From Centroscyllium fabricii (taxonomy: Eukaryota): a stretch of 64,000 nucleotides of DNA. The DNA is taken from contig JBNRSN020000014.1 in assembly GCA_051313645.2 (NCBI GenBank), positions 119,846,001-119,910,000 on the forward strand, read 5' to 3'. This document shows positions 14,201-29,200 of this stretch, piece by piece (position 1 is the stretch's first letter; every line of letters begins with the position of its first letter). The position numbers and the translations under genes were made by a program. The notes below the pieces were generated by a model. That model worked only from the letters and a program-made list of their open reading frames with translations. It searched no databases and had not been told where the DNA came from.

Positions 14201-17200
14201 ATCTCTTCTCATACAACAGTTCCGCCAACCCAGGAATCAATCTTATGAACCTTCGTTGCATTCCCTTCTATGGCAAGTATAACCTTCCTTAGGTAAGGAG
14301 ACCAAAATTGTACACAGTACTCCAAGTGTGGTCTCAGCAAGGCCCTTTATAATTGGAGTAAGACTTCTTTACTCCTGTACTCAAATCCTCTTGTAATGAA
14401 GGCCAGCATACCATTTGCCTTCCTAAATGGCTTGCTGCAGTTCCACTTTCACTTTCAGTGACTCATGTACAAGGACACCCAGGTCCCTTTGTGCATCTGC
14501 ATTTCCCAAATCTTTCACCATTTAGGAAATACTCTGCCTTTCTGTTTTTTCTACCAAAGTGGATAACTTCACACTTATCCACATTATATTCCATCTGCCA
14601 TGTTCTCGCCCACTTACTGGGCTTGTCGAAAACCCCTTGAAGCCTCTTCACATCCTCTTTGCAACTAACACTGCCAGCTAGCTTTGTATCATCAGCAAAT
14701 TTGGGAATGTTACATTTAGTCCCCTCATCCAAATCATTGACATAGATTGTGAATAGCTGGGACCCAAGCACCGATCCTTGCTATACCCGACTAGTCACAG
14801 CCTGCCATCCTGAAAAAGTCCAGTTTATCCCTACTTTTTGTTTTCTGTCTGTTAACCAATTCTCAATCAATGCTGGTATATTACCCCCTATTCCATGTGC
14901 CCTAATTTTGTTCACAAACCACTTGTGTGGGACCTTATTGGAGACCTTCTAAAAATGCAGATACACCACATCTACCGGTTCCCCTTTGTCTACTCTACTC
15001 CACTAGTTACATCCTCAAAGAACTCCAATTGGTTTGTCAAACAAGATTTCCCTTTCATAAATCCATGTTGACTCTGTCCAATCTTACTATTAGTTTCTAA
15101 GTGCCCAGTCATTGCATCCTTTATAATAGATTCAAGCATTTTTCCAACTACTAATGTGAGGCTAAGAGGTCTGTGGTTCCACGTTTTCTCTCTCCCTCCT
15201 TTAAATAGTGGAGTTATATTTGTTATCCTCCAATCTGAAGGAACCATTCCAGAATCTATAGAATTTTGGAAGATCACAACCAATGCGTCCACTATTCCGA
15301 TGGCCACCTCTTTCAAAATCCTAGGATTTCGGTCATCCGGTCCTTGGGATTTATCGACTTTTAGTCCCATTAATTTTGTTAGTACTGTTTTTTACTAATA
15401 ATTCCTTTAAGTTCCTCATTCTCAATTAAACCAATCCATCAGCAACAATGGAAAATGTGCTTAATGGGAATACACTCAAACTTTCCTCCAATGCGATTTT
15501 TGTGAATGACCTCACCTGACTTTCATCAAGCACGACCCCTTTACCCTTCATTGCTTGAACAAGCTGAATAAATGTCGGATCATTCAGGGTCTTCACTGCA
15601 CCACAACTGAAGCCTTGCAGGACAGAGGGTGAGAATCTGAAACAAATAATGGCATCATTAATTCATTTCTAAATAACTCACTTTCTTCATAACTTTCAAA
15701 CCTGTTATCACAATCTCTACATCATTTATATTTGTAACACAATCATCCATTGAGTGACTGGATCTCCACTTTATTACATTTTTACATTTTACCCATCTGA
15801 ACACCGAGATACTGGGCCTATTTCAGCAATCATGAGGGGCTGAGTTGTGGAACGAGGGCTATCACACAAGTTTACAATCTGAAATGTACACCCACTTGGG
15901 CCAAATCATTCAACTCAATGTAATCATTTCAGTTGATGCAAGTTCTGCTGCAGCCTAATGTGGCTCACTGTATGCATGAAATCTTCATTTCATACTTTAG
16001 AGCTGATCAAACAGGAACTTTTGAATTCTAAGAATTACAGGGGACACATTGACCAATTGGAGCTCCCAAATTTGGGACCCAGAAATAGTTATTGTCATTG
16101 CATTGGACAAAATATTCAACTCGTAAACATTGCTCTGTGAAAGATAGTGCGAGCATTCCACTCACAACAGGTTTAATTATTGACTTAAACTAGAACTCCG
16201 TTCCTTGGATAAAAGATTCTGCTCCACAGATTATGGCCGCGATTTTACCTGAAGAGGCGAGTTGGGAGCGGGTCAGCTGACTTGTGGGTTCTGATCCTGC
16301 CCCCAACGACGCCCGACGCACAGACGCTATTTTGCGTCAATTGGCCTGGTTAAGCCTGCCCTGCAGACTTGCCGGCCAAGTAAGAGAAAGCCGGTGTCAG
16401 ATGACGTCAGTTGAGGACGCATCATCTGCAAGTTTTCTTAAAGGGGACACGCTCATTTTTGTTTGACAGATGATTTTTCAATGTTTAACAGCACTGAGGT
16501 GCTGCAAACACTGACAATCAGTGTACAAAGGTGACCCCTTGCACCCAGACTCTCCAGAGACCCTCTTCTTAGGATAGAACAGATGGCAGCTGAAGGTGAG
16601 GTTACAGAAGCAATCTGTCACTGGTGAGAGAGGTTCTCCCAATGAACTGGGACTACACAAACACTTCAAACCTTACTATCTACAGAAAAGTCTAGTTGGG
16701 AGAAATTTAGAAACATAGAAACTAGGAGCAGGAGTAGGCCATTCGGCCCTTCGAGCCTGCTTCGCCATTCAATGAGATCATGGCTGATCAACCAAACCCA
16801 GTACCCTGTCCCTGCCCTCTCCCCATATCCCTCGATCCCTATCGAGCCTGCATCGACACATATCCCACCCTATCCCCGTAACCCCACATATTCAATCCCC
16901 CTAACACTAAGGGTCAATTTATCCTGGCCAATCAACCTAACCCGCACATCTTTGGAGTGTGGGACGAAACCGGAGCACCCGGAGGAAACCCACGCAGACA
17001 CGAGGAGAATGTGCAAACTCCACACAGATAGTACCCGAGGCTGGATTTGAACCCGGGTCTCCAGTGCTGTGAGGCAACAGTGCTAACCACTGTGCCACAT
17101 TGCCGCCCTAATTTGGTTGCTTTCCGCCTGCCGTTAGCGCTCTAAATTCTGTGGGAGGTTAGTGACGGCGGTAATTTTTAGTGCCCCACGGTACTGCCCC

Positions 17201-20200
17201 ACCGGCGATCACGACGTCACCGTGCGCCGCGCCTGCTCGCGCCCCGGCCGCGATCTTTGGTAGCGCACCCTGACTTACTGCCGGCCGCCACATTCGACGG
17301 GGTCAGGGGGTCTAACTGCAGCCGGCGCGGCGCTTATTAAAGGCGAGGTGCCGGTGGACATTTTTGTTGATGGCCGCCAGCCAGCACCTGCCTCCGTTGC
17401 AGTCCCTGGTCTTCTGAGCAGCACTCCCCCACCACCCCCAGAGTGCCGGGGGCACTCCATGAGCCAGCACTTTTGCCGGCACTCTGCTCCCAGTGGCCCT
17501 GGGTCGCACTGCGCAACGCCCTATCCCCTTAAGGGGAGGAAGGCCTACAATACAGTGCCGCAATATCCCCTCGCAACGCCCCAAGAGGGAGGTGGGCCGT
17601 GACCAATGAATCTTGGCCGCGGGGGTGTTAGTTTTTTCGCCCTCTTGGGATGCATTACCAATGAATTTCGGCCGCGGGGTTGCTAATTTGTTCGTAGCGC
17701 CCCGGTGACGTTAGAGTCCCAAAGGGGGCGGAACTCAATATTTTCCAATGAATCAAAAATGATTTTCCAGCATTTCTTAGCTCTGAAACTCACCAGTGTG
17801 CCATTGGATCCTTCACACAACTTGCAGCTATCATCAATGAAGAAACATTACAGTAGACTCACAACACGCCACACTTACCTGCCACGGTGTCCAGATGTCG
17901 GGAAGCCCGCTGTCGATCTGGCAAATTTGGAAAAAGCCTCTTAACTGCCTCTTAACAAGCAGTTAAGTGGCTATAATCCTCTTCCCGCCGCTCGAAGTCG
18001 GATGCGTGCACAAATCGGGGGCCCGACTCCCGGGAAGATTGATTGGAGGCGGGTTGGAAGCGGGTTCGGGACCCGCTGCCAATCTTTGATTTTGCCAGCA
18101 GTCTCCCCTTCAAGCCCGACCACTGAGCACCGGCAAAATCGAGCGCTATATATCAAGGCTCAAACAAAACCAAATTACACAGATGAGAATATAGACAGAC
18201 GGAAGATGATAGGCAGAGAACCAGATCGATTGTCAAAGAATATTGCTTACTTCTTAAAATTGTTGCTGTTTCTGACCACATATTCAAAGAACACAGCAGA
18301 CTGTGGGACAAAAACATTTAAATCATTAATATACACAATGGAGTTACAAACTGCTTTTACACTAACACAATCTTGATAGTGCTCGGTCAAGTCTGATTTT
18401 TAAACTTCTTTGAATTAATGCACATTTGCCAACTGCAGCTGATTTTCTTTCCAGGTATTGCCTTCGACAGTCAAACAATAGAATCATTTACCTGACTGGG
18501 CACCCACTGTTTGTTGTTGACATCATTGAGACTGAGGTTTGAAGCTAACAGCACAGGTGGGACCTCTTTGGCTAGAACAGATGGAATGTTCTTTACTGTG
18601 GTTACCGGGTCTTTTACATACCGCAACACCTGAGTTAGAATGAAACAGAATAGAATTTAAACCAGAACATACAACACCATGTGAGCAGCAGCTAGGGATG
18701 AAAACAGTCTTCAGACAAAAGCATTAATATAGGCAGAAGTAGGAAACAAATTAATTTTAGATTAATTTTAATACCACTGATATGTATCCCATGTCACTCA
18801 CCTGCAGAACACAGATCATTTGTATAGGTTGTGGTGCTGCTCCAATATTCTGAACGAATGTCGGGTTTGAGATTACACTGATGAACACCCGAGGATCAAT
18901 GCGTTGGAACACACCGCTTGGAATACCAGACAACAAGCTTCCCAGACTCCGCAGATTCTGTGTGCTAGTGACCTAGTTAACAAGCAGAAGACAAATCAAA
19001 TGTTGTCAGAAGATGTCACAGGATTAAATCAGTTTTCCACTTTTTGTGGCATGACAGTGCGATTACAAACGTGTCCGCCTCCCCACACAATTGTGCAGAG
19101 AAAAGGTGATGAGAAATAACAGAAAATATTCTGCTGTCACTTCAATTGGCTTCACCTCTCCACACTTGGCTTAAGGGTCAATTCCTCTCTGTTTACACAA
19201 GAACCTGGATCCATAAGGACAATTACACGGTGTTGAAGATCATTGGAACTCATGTAACTCATGCTTCTGCACTTCACTCTCACAGGGTTTTTACGCCAGA
19301 TCTTTCCTCCATTTCATTCAGCCATCTATAATGTATATATAATGTATAATACTATAATGCATTTCTGATTTATTCAGCTCTTACCCGGAAGCCATTTCTG
19401 AGTAACGTAGTTACAATCGCATTGGCCTGGCCAAAATTCCAGCCTCTGACATTACTCAGGCTTGGCAGGGCTTGCTCCAGAGTGTTCCCATCAATATCGC
19501 CAACCTGTGACAATGACAGTCCGACAGCCGTTTGTCCCAAAGTATTCAAAGTGCTGACTGAAAAGTTGTCAATTTTGCTCACTAAAACTATCGACAGCTG
19601 GAAAAGAAACAGAAATAGCATTAATACTGGACGTCTTTCTCAGCATACACTTTAAGTGAAATCACAAGGTTTTGCAGCAAATATTTCCTACTTACCTTAA
19701 GTTGTTCGTCTGTTGGACCTTCAGCAGGTAATGTTTCATTGGCAGTTGTGTTAGGTGGCATGCTCTGCCCACAGACTTGGTTTATCTTTCCAATCACAGC
19801 CAAGACTTGCTGTGCACTCAAGGACTGAAGTAGATTAGTGTCGGTAATGAAGCAGACCAGCGAGTCTGGCAGACTGTAAAAGAATGTCAGTCACAGATTG
19901 TATTATTATATCTTTCAGAACCACAGCGCCCTGTGCCCTGTAGATACATTAAGATATGCTACAAATAAGATCTTTGAAAAATGTCCTAGTGTTGCAGAAT
20001 ATTTTACAAGGGTTCATCACCCACTCCCATCTCAAACAGCATATATTCCTTTGTTCAGCTTACCCTCTATTTTCCCCCAAAATACTTTATTTCGTTTCAA
20101 AGTTGCAATAATTTTTTCATACAAAGATCTGAAATTATTTTAAAAAACTCTCTTTCTCTTTGTCTCTCCCTCTTTCTGTTGCACAGCTGTCAGTAATTAG

Positions 20201-23200
20201 AATATTTACATCTTCGAACGTTCAACAAAACAAGGCTTGGGCCTTCAAGTTCTGCAGGGATTATCCTCTCACCAACTGTGAGCTCTTTTTAAACATTAGA
20301 TCTTTAAAAAACATTACATTTAAGTTTTTGACTTCTTTTAAAACTTGCTTCAATCAATTCATTTTGTTCAAACTCAGACCACCTGCTCTGACAACCCGTT
20401 CCGCATTCCCAGCCGGCCTTTGTCTTCCCGACTTCGGGCATCCTGCTCACCCAACCCGCTTGACCTTCGGCTTCTGATGGACCGTTTCCCCATACCCCAC
20501 TCTTCTACTTCCCCGCATCCCTGCTCAACAAATTTAGAATACAGTTTTCTTTAAAAAAATTCACAGATCCAAAGATTATGAACAGAATCTTCCATTTCAC
20601 AACTTATGTTGGGAAAATATGAACTGTGTAAGACTTACCTCGAAATATTAACATTAGGATTGTTTTCAAGCAGCAAGTTGAGGTAGACCTTTGAAATTTC
20701 TGTGGATAATGTCAAATTTGCTAGCAGTCCCAGGTTTTCAGGGTTTACAGCGAATTCTTGAAGCTGCGCAGAGATTAGGAGAAATGACAAATATTGACAC
20801 CAGTGATGCAATGTTCTTTCTATAGCTTAAACAATGAAACTTTAAGGTTCATGTTGCTGCAACACACAATTGTGGTGAATATGGATTCCAACAACACTTC
20901 TCAGTGGCTTTAGTGGCAAACTCCTAATATAAAAGCCGGTCGGGGTATAGTGTCATCTTGGGTGGTTGCACAAAATGGGCGATCATGAATCGGCAGCTCA
21001 TTTTGCACTCCACCCGATTTTCTTATCCATTGACTTTAAATGGACTGCCGATTCGCTCTCTCATGTTTCGTGCTGCGGCCCAACACGAGTTACACCCCAC
21101 AGGAAGCAAAATATTAAATTAGTTGGCAACATAATTCACAGTAGATTTGTCATGCACTCGAAGCTTCATGTAACCCAATCTTTGAGAACAGATCACTTCT
21201 CCCGAGAACCCAATCATTTACCATCCCAATCTTAGAGTAAAAGGAAAATGTGTACCTGTGTTTCATTATCAGAGAAAGACTGAAGATCAGTCAGTGACAC
21301 TTGGTTCATATATAGTCCCAGATATTGAGCAAACCAAGCAGTGGAGTTCAGGGCTGGATCATTTACATTATAGCATTTCGGTCTGGGACCTGTTGTATAA
21401 AATAATTCCACATTAACGCTAAATAAAATGGTGTGTCATTTTTAAAAGCATGTTGTAAATTCCACACAATTTTTGCTACCAAAAGGGACTCTCACCTTCC
21501 CCCTCTAGAATTATTGCTCATTTTAAAACAACCTATCTCCCCTCCCCATGGTGGCGATTCTCGCTGGGGTAGAGTACCATGGGTGCCAGCAGCCTGGCAC
21601 TACTCTGCAATTTGTCATGTCTGAGCCTAAACAGGAAGTGTCAGCAGGCTTCTTGACTGCAGAGAATCATAACCCAGCTGGATACCGTTGTGGAAATCGT
21701 GATTACCATTGTATATAGTTGAGTTACACTACAGACCAGCATGTATAGTGGCTGGGTGCATTGTATATAGTTTTGTATAACGACACTGTCACGAGGTCAG
21801 GTCAGCCACACCTCTAACTCCTCCCCTCAGGTGAGAGCCTTATAGGTGAGGTCTGACCTGCCCCCATTCATTCTGTACTCAATGTTCGACTGGAGACTAG
21901 CTCCATTCTAAAGTGATTAAAAGCCTATAGTTAAGGTAACTACTCATCTTTGCCTTATTGACGATACGTCAACCGTCTTCACCGCTCATCAACTCAGACA
22001 CCATTTCTAATAAAGATCTCTGGATGGTGACAGCAGCGAAAACCCTGGCTGATTTTTCACTTTCCTCGTCTAAGACAAGTAAGAATAGTCCCAATTCTGA
22101 GACTTTAAAACAATAGAGTGTAACTTCACCTTGTTGTAGGTAAGCTTTAATGCCATTGTAGATGTCCTTCCGTTTCTCTGATGTAAAGTCACTGTAACCA
22201 GCACTCAGTGTTCTCACACTAAAGGTGAAATTTAACAACATTTTAGAATTTCATCTGCAGATTGAGTTCAATTACTGATAAGTTCAATTTAAAGAACCAC
22301 AATAGAAATGAAGATATTCTAATGATAGAACCAAGAGAGGACAGCTAACCACAATCTTTGTTTGTGCGTGTGTGTGTGCGAAGCCCCTCAGACTCTCCTT
22401 TCCTTTTTTTCCCTAATTATAGATGATGACCACCAGCAACCTGGATATTAGATATTCTTTATCATATCATATTGTCCTTTCTCAGTGATAAACATTCAGC
22501 TGTAGCGCTCTGCTGATATAATGAGCAAACTAATGCTGGAGAACGATTTACACAGGACAATGAGGGACTTTGCTCACTTGAAGATACATTCGGAACGACT
22601 GGGATTGTACTTACATTTTTCTGTAGGAAAGGCAGCGAACTCTCAGGGTGTTGTTGGAAGACAAAAGAGAGGTGGTGATAAATGGAAGATATGGAGTTAG
22701 TCTAACATTAAGCCATTCATCCACCTCTGCTTCATTGAGTACAGGCAGGCTGTCGGTAAACTGAGGCCACAGACCCTCTATGATGGCAACTCGGTTACCA
22801 GCTGACAGATTACTCTGCAAAAGGAAATAGACTTGTTTTAAAACGAAATACTGTAATTGTAACATGATAAAGATTCCCTCAGCTTGCCATGTGATTCTAC
22901 CAAGTAGATCCATTCTTGAAGACTAGCTTTGCTGAACTGGAAACTAGGACTGAGCATTTGTTACAATCAGAGTTAGGCTTTGGAGGGAATCAAATTTTGG
23001 AAACATCTAAAATTGAGCAGCCCCCACAGCTGTCACTACAAAGCCCTGAAATGCCAAGAAGCGAACATAAAGAAAAGTCGCCTCAGCCAACTGGCCCTGG
23101 GACTCAGTGAAGTAACTACTAACACTACTAGTAACAACCAGCCCCAGGACAGTGACATCCTAGCACACAGAATTCGACCCAACACAATTATTACTAAACA

Positions 23201-26200
23201 AAGAGAAAAATATTTGTCATACTGGACAGAAACGACAAAAACCCCAAACAAACTAGATTGTTATTTGGCCCTAAACAGACCGTACACCACGGCTGACTAC
23301 CTGACCATGGTGAAAGACAGCAAACTGAGAAAAACCCTGACAATGTACAGACTTAGTGAGGATAACCTAGCCATCGAAGAAGGCAGACACAGACAGACTT
23401 GGCTGCCCAGAGAGGAAAGGCTGTGCTCTCACTGCAGTCAGGGAGTGGTGGAGACAGAGCTGCATTTCCTCACAACCTGTGAAAACTATCAGGACATAAG
23501 GGGGAATTTCAACCCAAAATACATAAAAACATGCCCTGGATTAAAAAATTTGAACGACCACCAAAAACTTCCATATCCATTGGGGGAACAGAGGAACTGT
23601 ATAAAATTAGCAGCAAACTACGTCACAGCTTGCCATAAGCAGAGGGACAACCAGTGACCAATGAATCTAAGAAAAGATTATGAGATTTATCTGTGTCTAT
23701 ATGTGTATACGTTTGCATATTTATCCATTCACTGTATGTCTAGACCTGCGTTTGTATGTTCAATTGTATATGTCCTTTTTCTGTGCTTTGGCAACATAAG
23801 ATGTATCTTATTATGCCAATAAAGTAATTTGAATTGAATTGAATAAAATTACTGTTCTGATTCTGATCCACAAGTTTAAGTTATAACATTGCAAACCCCA
23901 CCACCCCCATCTGCCTTGTGCTGTTGGCGAGTTCTCTTGTTCGAGTCCAGTCACTGCACACTTGTATGTTCCAATGGGAAATCGTGGAAAACATTCCTGT
24001 GGTCCCCAGATTTCATCCAGACGTTCCTCAGCTGGCTAAGAAATGGGCAGGAAAGAAAAACCTCCACAATCCTTATACCCTGTTAAACCTTGTCCATGCG
24101 CACGTTAAATGTACAGTCAAAGCATCCATACCTTCTTACACCCACACCCTTGCCCTCCTGTTAAAGAGGCATTTAGACTTCCAATAACTACTCCAGGACC
24201 ACAGCCCATATACTCTCACTGCTCCGATATAATGGGCACTATTTTGTTTGAACCACTACAGTTTATCTACATTACATCCTGTGATCTGAAAAGTAAAATA
24301 ACAGTTGCAGCTCACTTTGCCGCTTTTTTGATTGAATTCATCTATGAATGTAGCCAGATTCTGGATGGGCTGAATGTAGAATAACACTGTGGTCAGAATC
24401 TTGTTGTCATTAATGAATCCAGGCTTGCTCAGCATATCAGCCAATTCACTGGGATCAGTGACATTCAACACCTGTAAAAACACAATGAGGAATTTCTCAA
24501 CTTCATGTAAATAACTGGCAGCAGACCATGTAAAGCAGCTGAATGCACGGCATCACTAGATTAAACTTGTAAAATATTAGTGTCAATCACGGCCACTGTT
24601 AATCCTGTTTCATGTTACAGACCAGCATGACTTGAGTTCACACTCACAAGCCTGGTCCTGAAACACTTCACAACGCTGACTCAACCCCCAGGGGAGGGGT
24701 TTGTTGGATATGAGGGGCTTCTTCTGAGGGCCACGGGGAAAATAATCGAATGGGTCAATGTGAAGCGGTATTATGCTCTTTCTCGGAACATGTCACACAA
24801 CACTTGGATAAAGGTAACTTCCCTGGCCTCTCAGTCAGCAACTAGCACATGGCGCACGAGCTTGAAGGATCAGAAAATTGGCTTCCCATCCCTCTCCCCC
24901 ATGAAGCCATTGGTGAAAATAACCTAGACCGGTTTTCTGCTCAAGCAGCTGAGTTTCTAACTCACTTCGCTATCCAGCTGCTCAAAATGTACCCACAGTT
25001 CAAATCAGGCCCAGTGTTCGCGGGCTTCATCCAAGGGAAGACACACTCTAAAATTGCTAGACTCACTGCAGCTGCTACTAGAATATCAGGTGAGTAAAGC
25101 TCACCTGGAAACACAGACACCCAGCCCAGTTCACAAAAGAAAAATAATTTTGTTTTACCTCAACAGCACGTTTGGAAGGAAGCAGGAAGAACGCATCAGT
25201 CAGAGTTAGCAACTCAGAGAACCTTTGGAAATAGGTGTCCACGTAGACAACATAACTGTTGCCTTCATAACAACGAAGTGGGATTGCTGGGAGAAAGAGG
25301 GAAAATATTAGGTCAATTTGCAAACATAGATGTCAACTTCTCATTAATTGTAAACATCTGAAACCCAAATTATGCAGCAGGGTAACACATGCAGAGTTAT
25401 TGATTAACAGATATTCAGAACCAAAAACTCATTTAATGTTCTCTTTCATTCACAACTGCCTTTCTAGCTTACCTGTGGTGTTGAGGTAACCGAAGATCCA
25501 CACTTTCAGCACAGACTCTCTTGTTCCACGTGTCATATCATTGAATCCGTTGCTCAGTCCTTTTACACTAAATGGATAAACATTGATAGTATTATTTATT
25601 AGATATCAGCTCTGTAGTAATCCTTCAGCTGGTGGAGAACAATTTTAGGATCTTTCCCTAATGATGCTCAATGATCAGGTCTGGTGTCAGTAACTGAAAG
25701 CTGGTGCCAGTATCTGTCCCATGGTGATGAACCTCTCTCAGGGATCAGTTCCAAAATGGGCTGATAAAAATCTCCTGTTTTTAGGTCTTTTCTTTCATTT
25801 TTCGCACCAATCTTCTCCCTTCTTCTTCAGACAGTCTATCTCCTTACTGCAGTACAATTCCACAGCCATGGGGCACCCTCTGGTAACTCAGGCTGCTGAA
25901 GAATCTTAATGACAGAGCTGAAGTATTTCAGTACCAGTGACCAGCTCTAAATCTATCTAATTCTTGCGACTCATACAGCACACATTCGCGTCATGCAGAA
26001 TATTTTATAGTGACTTCTTGCAGTATTCTGAATTACCAGGAGGAAAAGCCTGAGGCTTGGATCTAGCAATACTGACACACTGGGCAGTCAGTCTCACCTG
26101 TTACTGAATTGTGTTTGGAGCTTGAAATTCCGAAGGTCTGTATAAGGCACTTCATACTAAGGGGGGGGAATTTCATGTCCCCATGAGGTGGGGTTTTCGG

Positions 26201-29200
26201 CGGCTCGGCCGGCAAAATAGCACAACCAGTGTGTCGCGACCCTCCCCGCTGTATCCCCGCCGCTTTATCATTTTCCCCCGCCCCAAAACCTTCCCGCCGC
26301 CGGCCGGCGGAGATGGGTTGTCACCTCGTTAAGAGCCCTTAATTGGGATGTTTAATGCCATTTTAACGGCCCTCAGCCATTTTGAGCTATTTCCCGCCCT
26401 AACCCCATCACCTTAAACCCCGCTGGGTGAAACCCAGTGGGAGCACAGCGCTGGTTATTACTTTTTCCTTCAAGATGTGAAGGACATGCTGCCAAATGCT
26501 TGACATGCCTCCAGCACCTTAGAGGAGTAAGTTACTCCGTAGTTGCTGCAGCAGCTGTGAGCAAAAGCTGAGAAATCTCAGCTTTGCAAATTTGCTCACA
26601 GCCGGTGCGAGCTGTCAAGGATTCTGAGCCCGCCCGCCCACCTGTCAGTCATCAGCACTCACCTTTCCCATTGGTTCCACTCGACTGTGATGTCACAGTG
26701 GAGTGTTTCCATGGGAACTGTCAACAACCAGTGCTGGAACTGTCAATCAAACTCCTTGCAGCCCATCCCGATTGAGTTAATTACCACCCGCTGCCGCCGG
26801 CGTGGATTTAACAACTCAATTAAATTAAAATTGCGTGGGCTTCCCAGCTGTTTGGGCGGGCGGGACAGGAAGCCGCCGAGACCAATCCCCGCCTGGTTCC
26901 CGCCCTTCCGGCAAAGTCCCCTCCTAAGTGTGCTCTCTGACTATTCACGATTTAAAATGTTTTGACAGGGATTGCTTTTCCAGTTGAATATGCAGCAATG
27001 GATTATTGTAAAAGAGAGTCATTCACTCACACTGCTTGGTAACCATCACAAGTTATGTTTCTTGTCAAAAGGCGGCTCAGCACTGACTGAGAAGTGCCAG
27101 CAATGAACGGCCTGAATCGCTCCTGGAACCATTTTTTCAGGAAAGTTGCACTGGTTAAGTTTTCATTGGTCTTCACAATCTCCCACAGGGCATTCATGAA
27201 CGTGATCTTTGTCATCAGAGGAATTGCTGATGTGTTCAGGGTCTGAAACAAACCATGACCTGTGTTTTAACTCAGTGAGCAAAGAGCTTCTTTTACAGGT
27301 TTCAACACTGATATTTCCCTTCAGAGAAGAACTGGAAATTGGAACATTTCTAATCCAAAATATCATGCAGTGGAATCGGACAAGTGTAGGAAACAAAATA
27401 TTTCCTTTTTCTCAGTTGGATCAGCCAGGTTGCAGAGCACCCACACCACAACAATGAATGCAATTGCATTTATAAAGCAGCTTTTCAGTTCCAAAGACAT
27501 CCCAAAGTACTTCAAAGCCAATTAACTATTTTAGAAACGTAGTCACTCTTGCGATGTAGGTAAAGTCAAAACCACTCAAACAACCACTAGCCCTGTACCA
27601 GGTAACAGGACACAGATAGACATCTGCAGCCCACCAACTAATACACAAGCACTCAAGAGCAATGGGATTTAGAGCTTCCAATGAATGAGAGTATATTGGG
27701 ACTAGGGTAAAGTTAACATCTCCTTGGACATATATTTGGACCCTTGGCACAAACAGATGGATTGCCGAGTGCAGAGATCAATGGGCCTACATTGAAGGTT
27801 AGAATACAAATGCAACAACAACAATGCCTTGCCTTTCATGATGCTGCAAAGGAATTAGTGATGCAGCTAAGAAATGAATAGCTGCATCTCTGATATTCAA
27901 TACATGTGGCACCAATGGTTGGCTGCAACACAGACCATCGTGTAGGGAATGGCGGCCAACATGCTGGTGCTGCAATATCTGAAACTAGTAATCAGGAGAT
28001 TTCTTAGGCTTCTAATGAGGCTGTAGTCAATGTTGCGGGAAGGTATCTATAAGTTTGTCCAGCTACAGTGGTCTGCCTTCAGGGTACTTGCAGCCCTGAA
28101 CATATACTGGCCTAAGAAGGGAAACTCAGGCCATGGGTAGTCCGATGACAGGAGGTCAAGACTGAATACCACTCAGATCAGGAATACCGTGCACGGCTGC
28201 TTAAACATCACTCTAAAATAAATCGTAGACACTGCATGTAAATAGAGGTGTGCATAGTTTTGCTTCTTTTAAAGTAATCTGGTTGATAATTAGTTACCTT
28301 GTTGTTGAACTTGTCCAGTGCCTCATTCAGTGTAGTTCTGTCAAGCTTCTGAACAAAGACGGTCAGTGCAGATTCATCTGACCTATTTAGAGCCTTTGGG
28401 CCAATGAAACACTGGAATACACCAGTCAAGGCATCACTGCTTAAACCTGAAAGCAGTAGATCAATCTGCAAAGCAATCAATTTAGAAAAACATATGTTGG
28501 GTTAAGGCATTGATGCAAAATACCACCAAGTGTGGAACACTCCACTATTGATAAATTCATTCCATTTTATATGTGCTGAATGTGCTAGTAATAAGAACAT
28601 AAGAATTAGGAGCAGGAGTAGGTCATACGGCCCCTCGAGCCTGCTCCGCCATTCAATAAGATCATGGCTGATCTTCAACCTCAATTCCACTTTCCCGCCC
28701 GATCCCCATATCCCTTGATTCTGCTCGAGTCCAAACTAAGAACCTAACAATTAACAACCATTATCCTGCAGTCTTAGAATGGAGCAGCTCTACAACTACT
28801 TTGTTTTATCGGAGTGTAAGCTGTCACAGACGTTCTTGTGTGAAACTCTGGACTGCGACATAGCTTACCTCAGCACATGCGTAGTCTGTAATGTTGAAGT
28901 TGCAGAGTTGGCTCATGTTAACTTCAGTCAGGAAATTATTCAAAGTCGAACTGTGGGAGAGAAATAAATCTACTCTTAGGGAAGAAATTACACTGAGGAA
29001 CAAACAACAGAATAATTTATTTTGAATTCTCAACATGTCACATGATTTGAAACTAATCCAATTTGTTAACTACGTTTTCTAACAGTTTCTAAGTTATGCA
29101 CACGAGAGGCTTTGGATATCCTCAGTGTCAGGTGAAGCCACACACCAACAAGTTGACAGGGTTATTAAAACAGGGCCTCACTTGAAGCAGTGTGGAAAAG

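Larger units (their letters stand above)
1..28048. repeat. Tandem segmental duplication, copy A (paired part)
   Basis: Position 1 equals 35454 (agatttgaggttaagatcag). ORF track repeats with offsets 35453, 35424, 34288, then about 34400. Confidence 0.98.
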
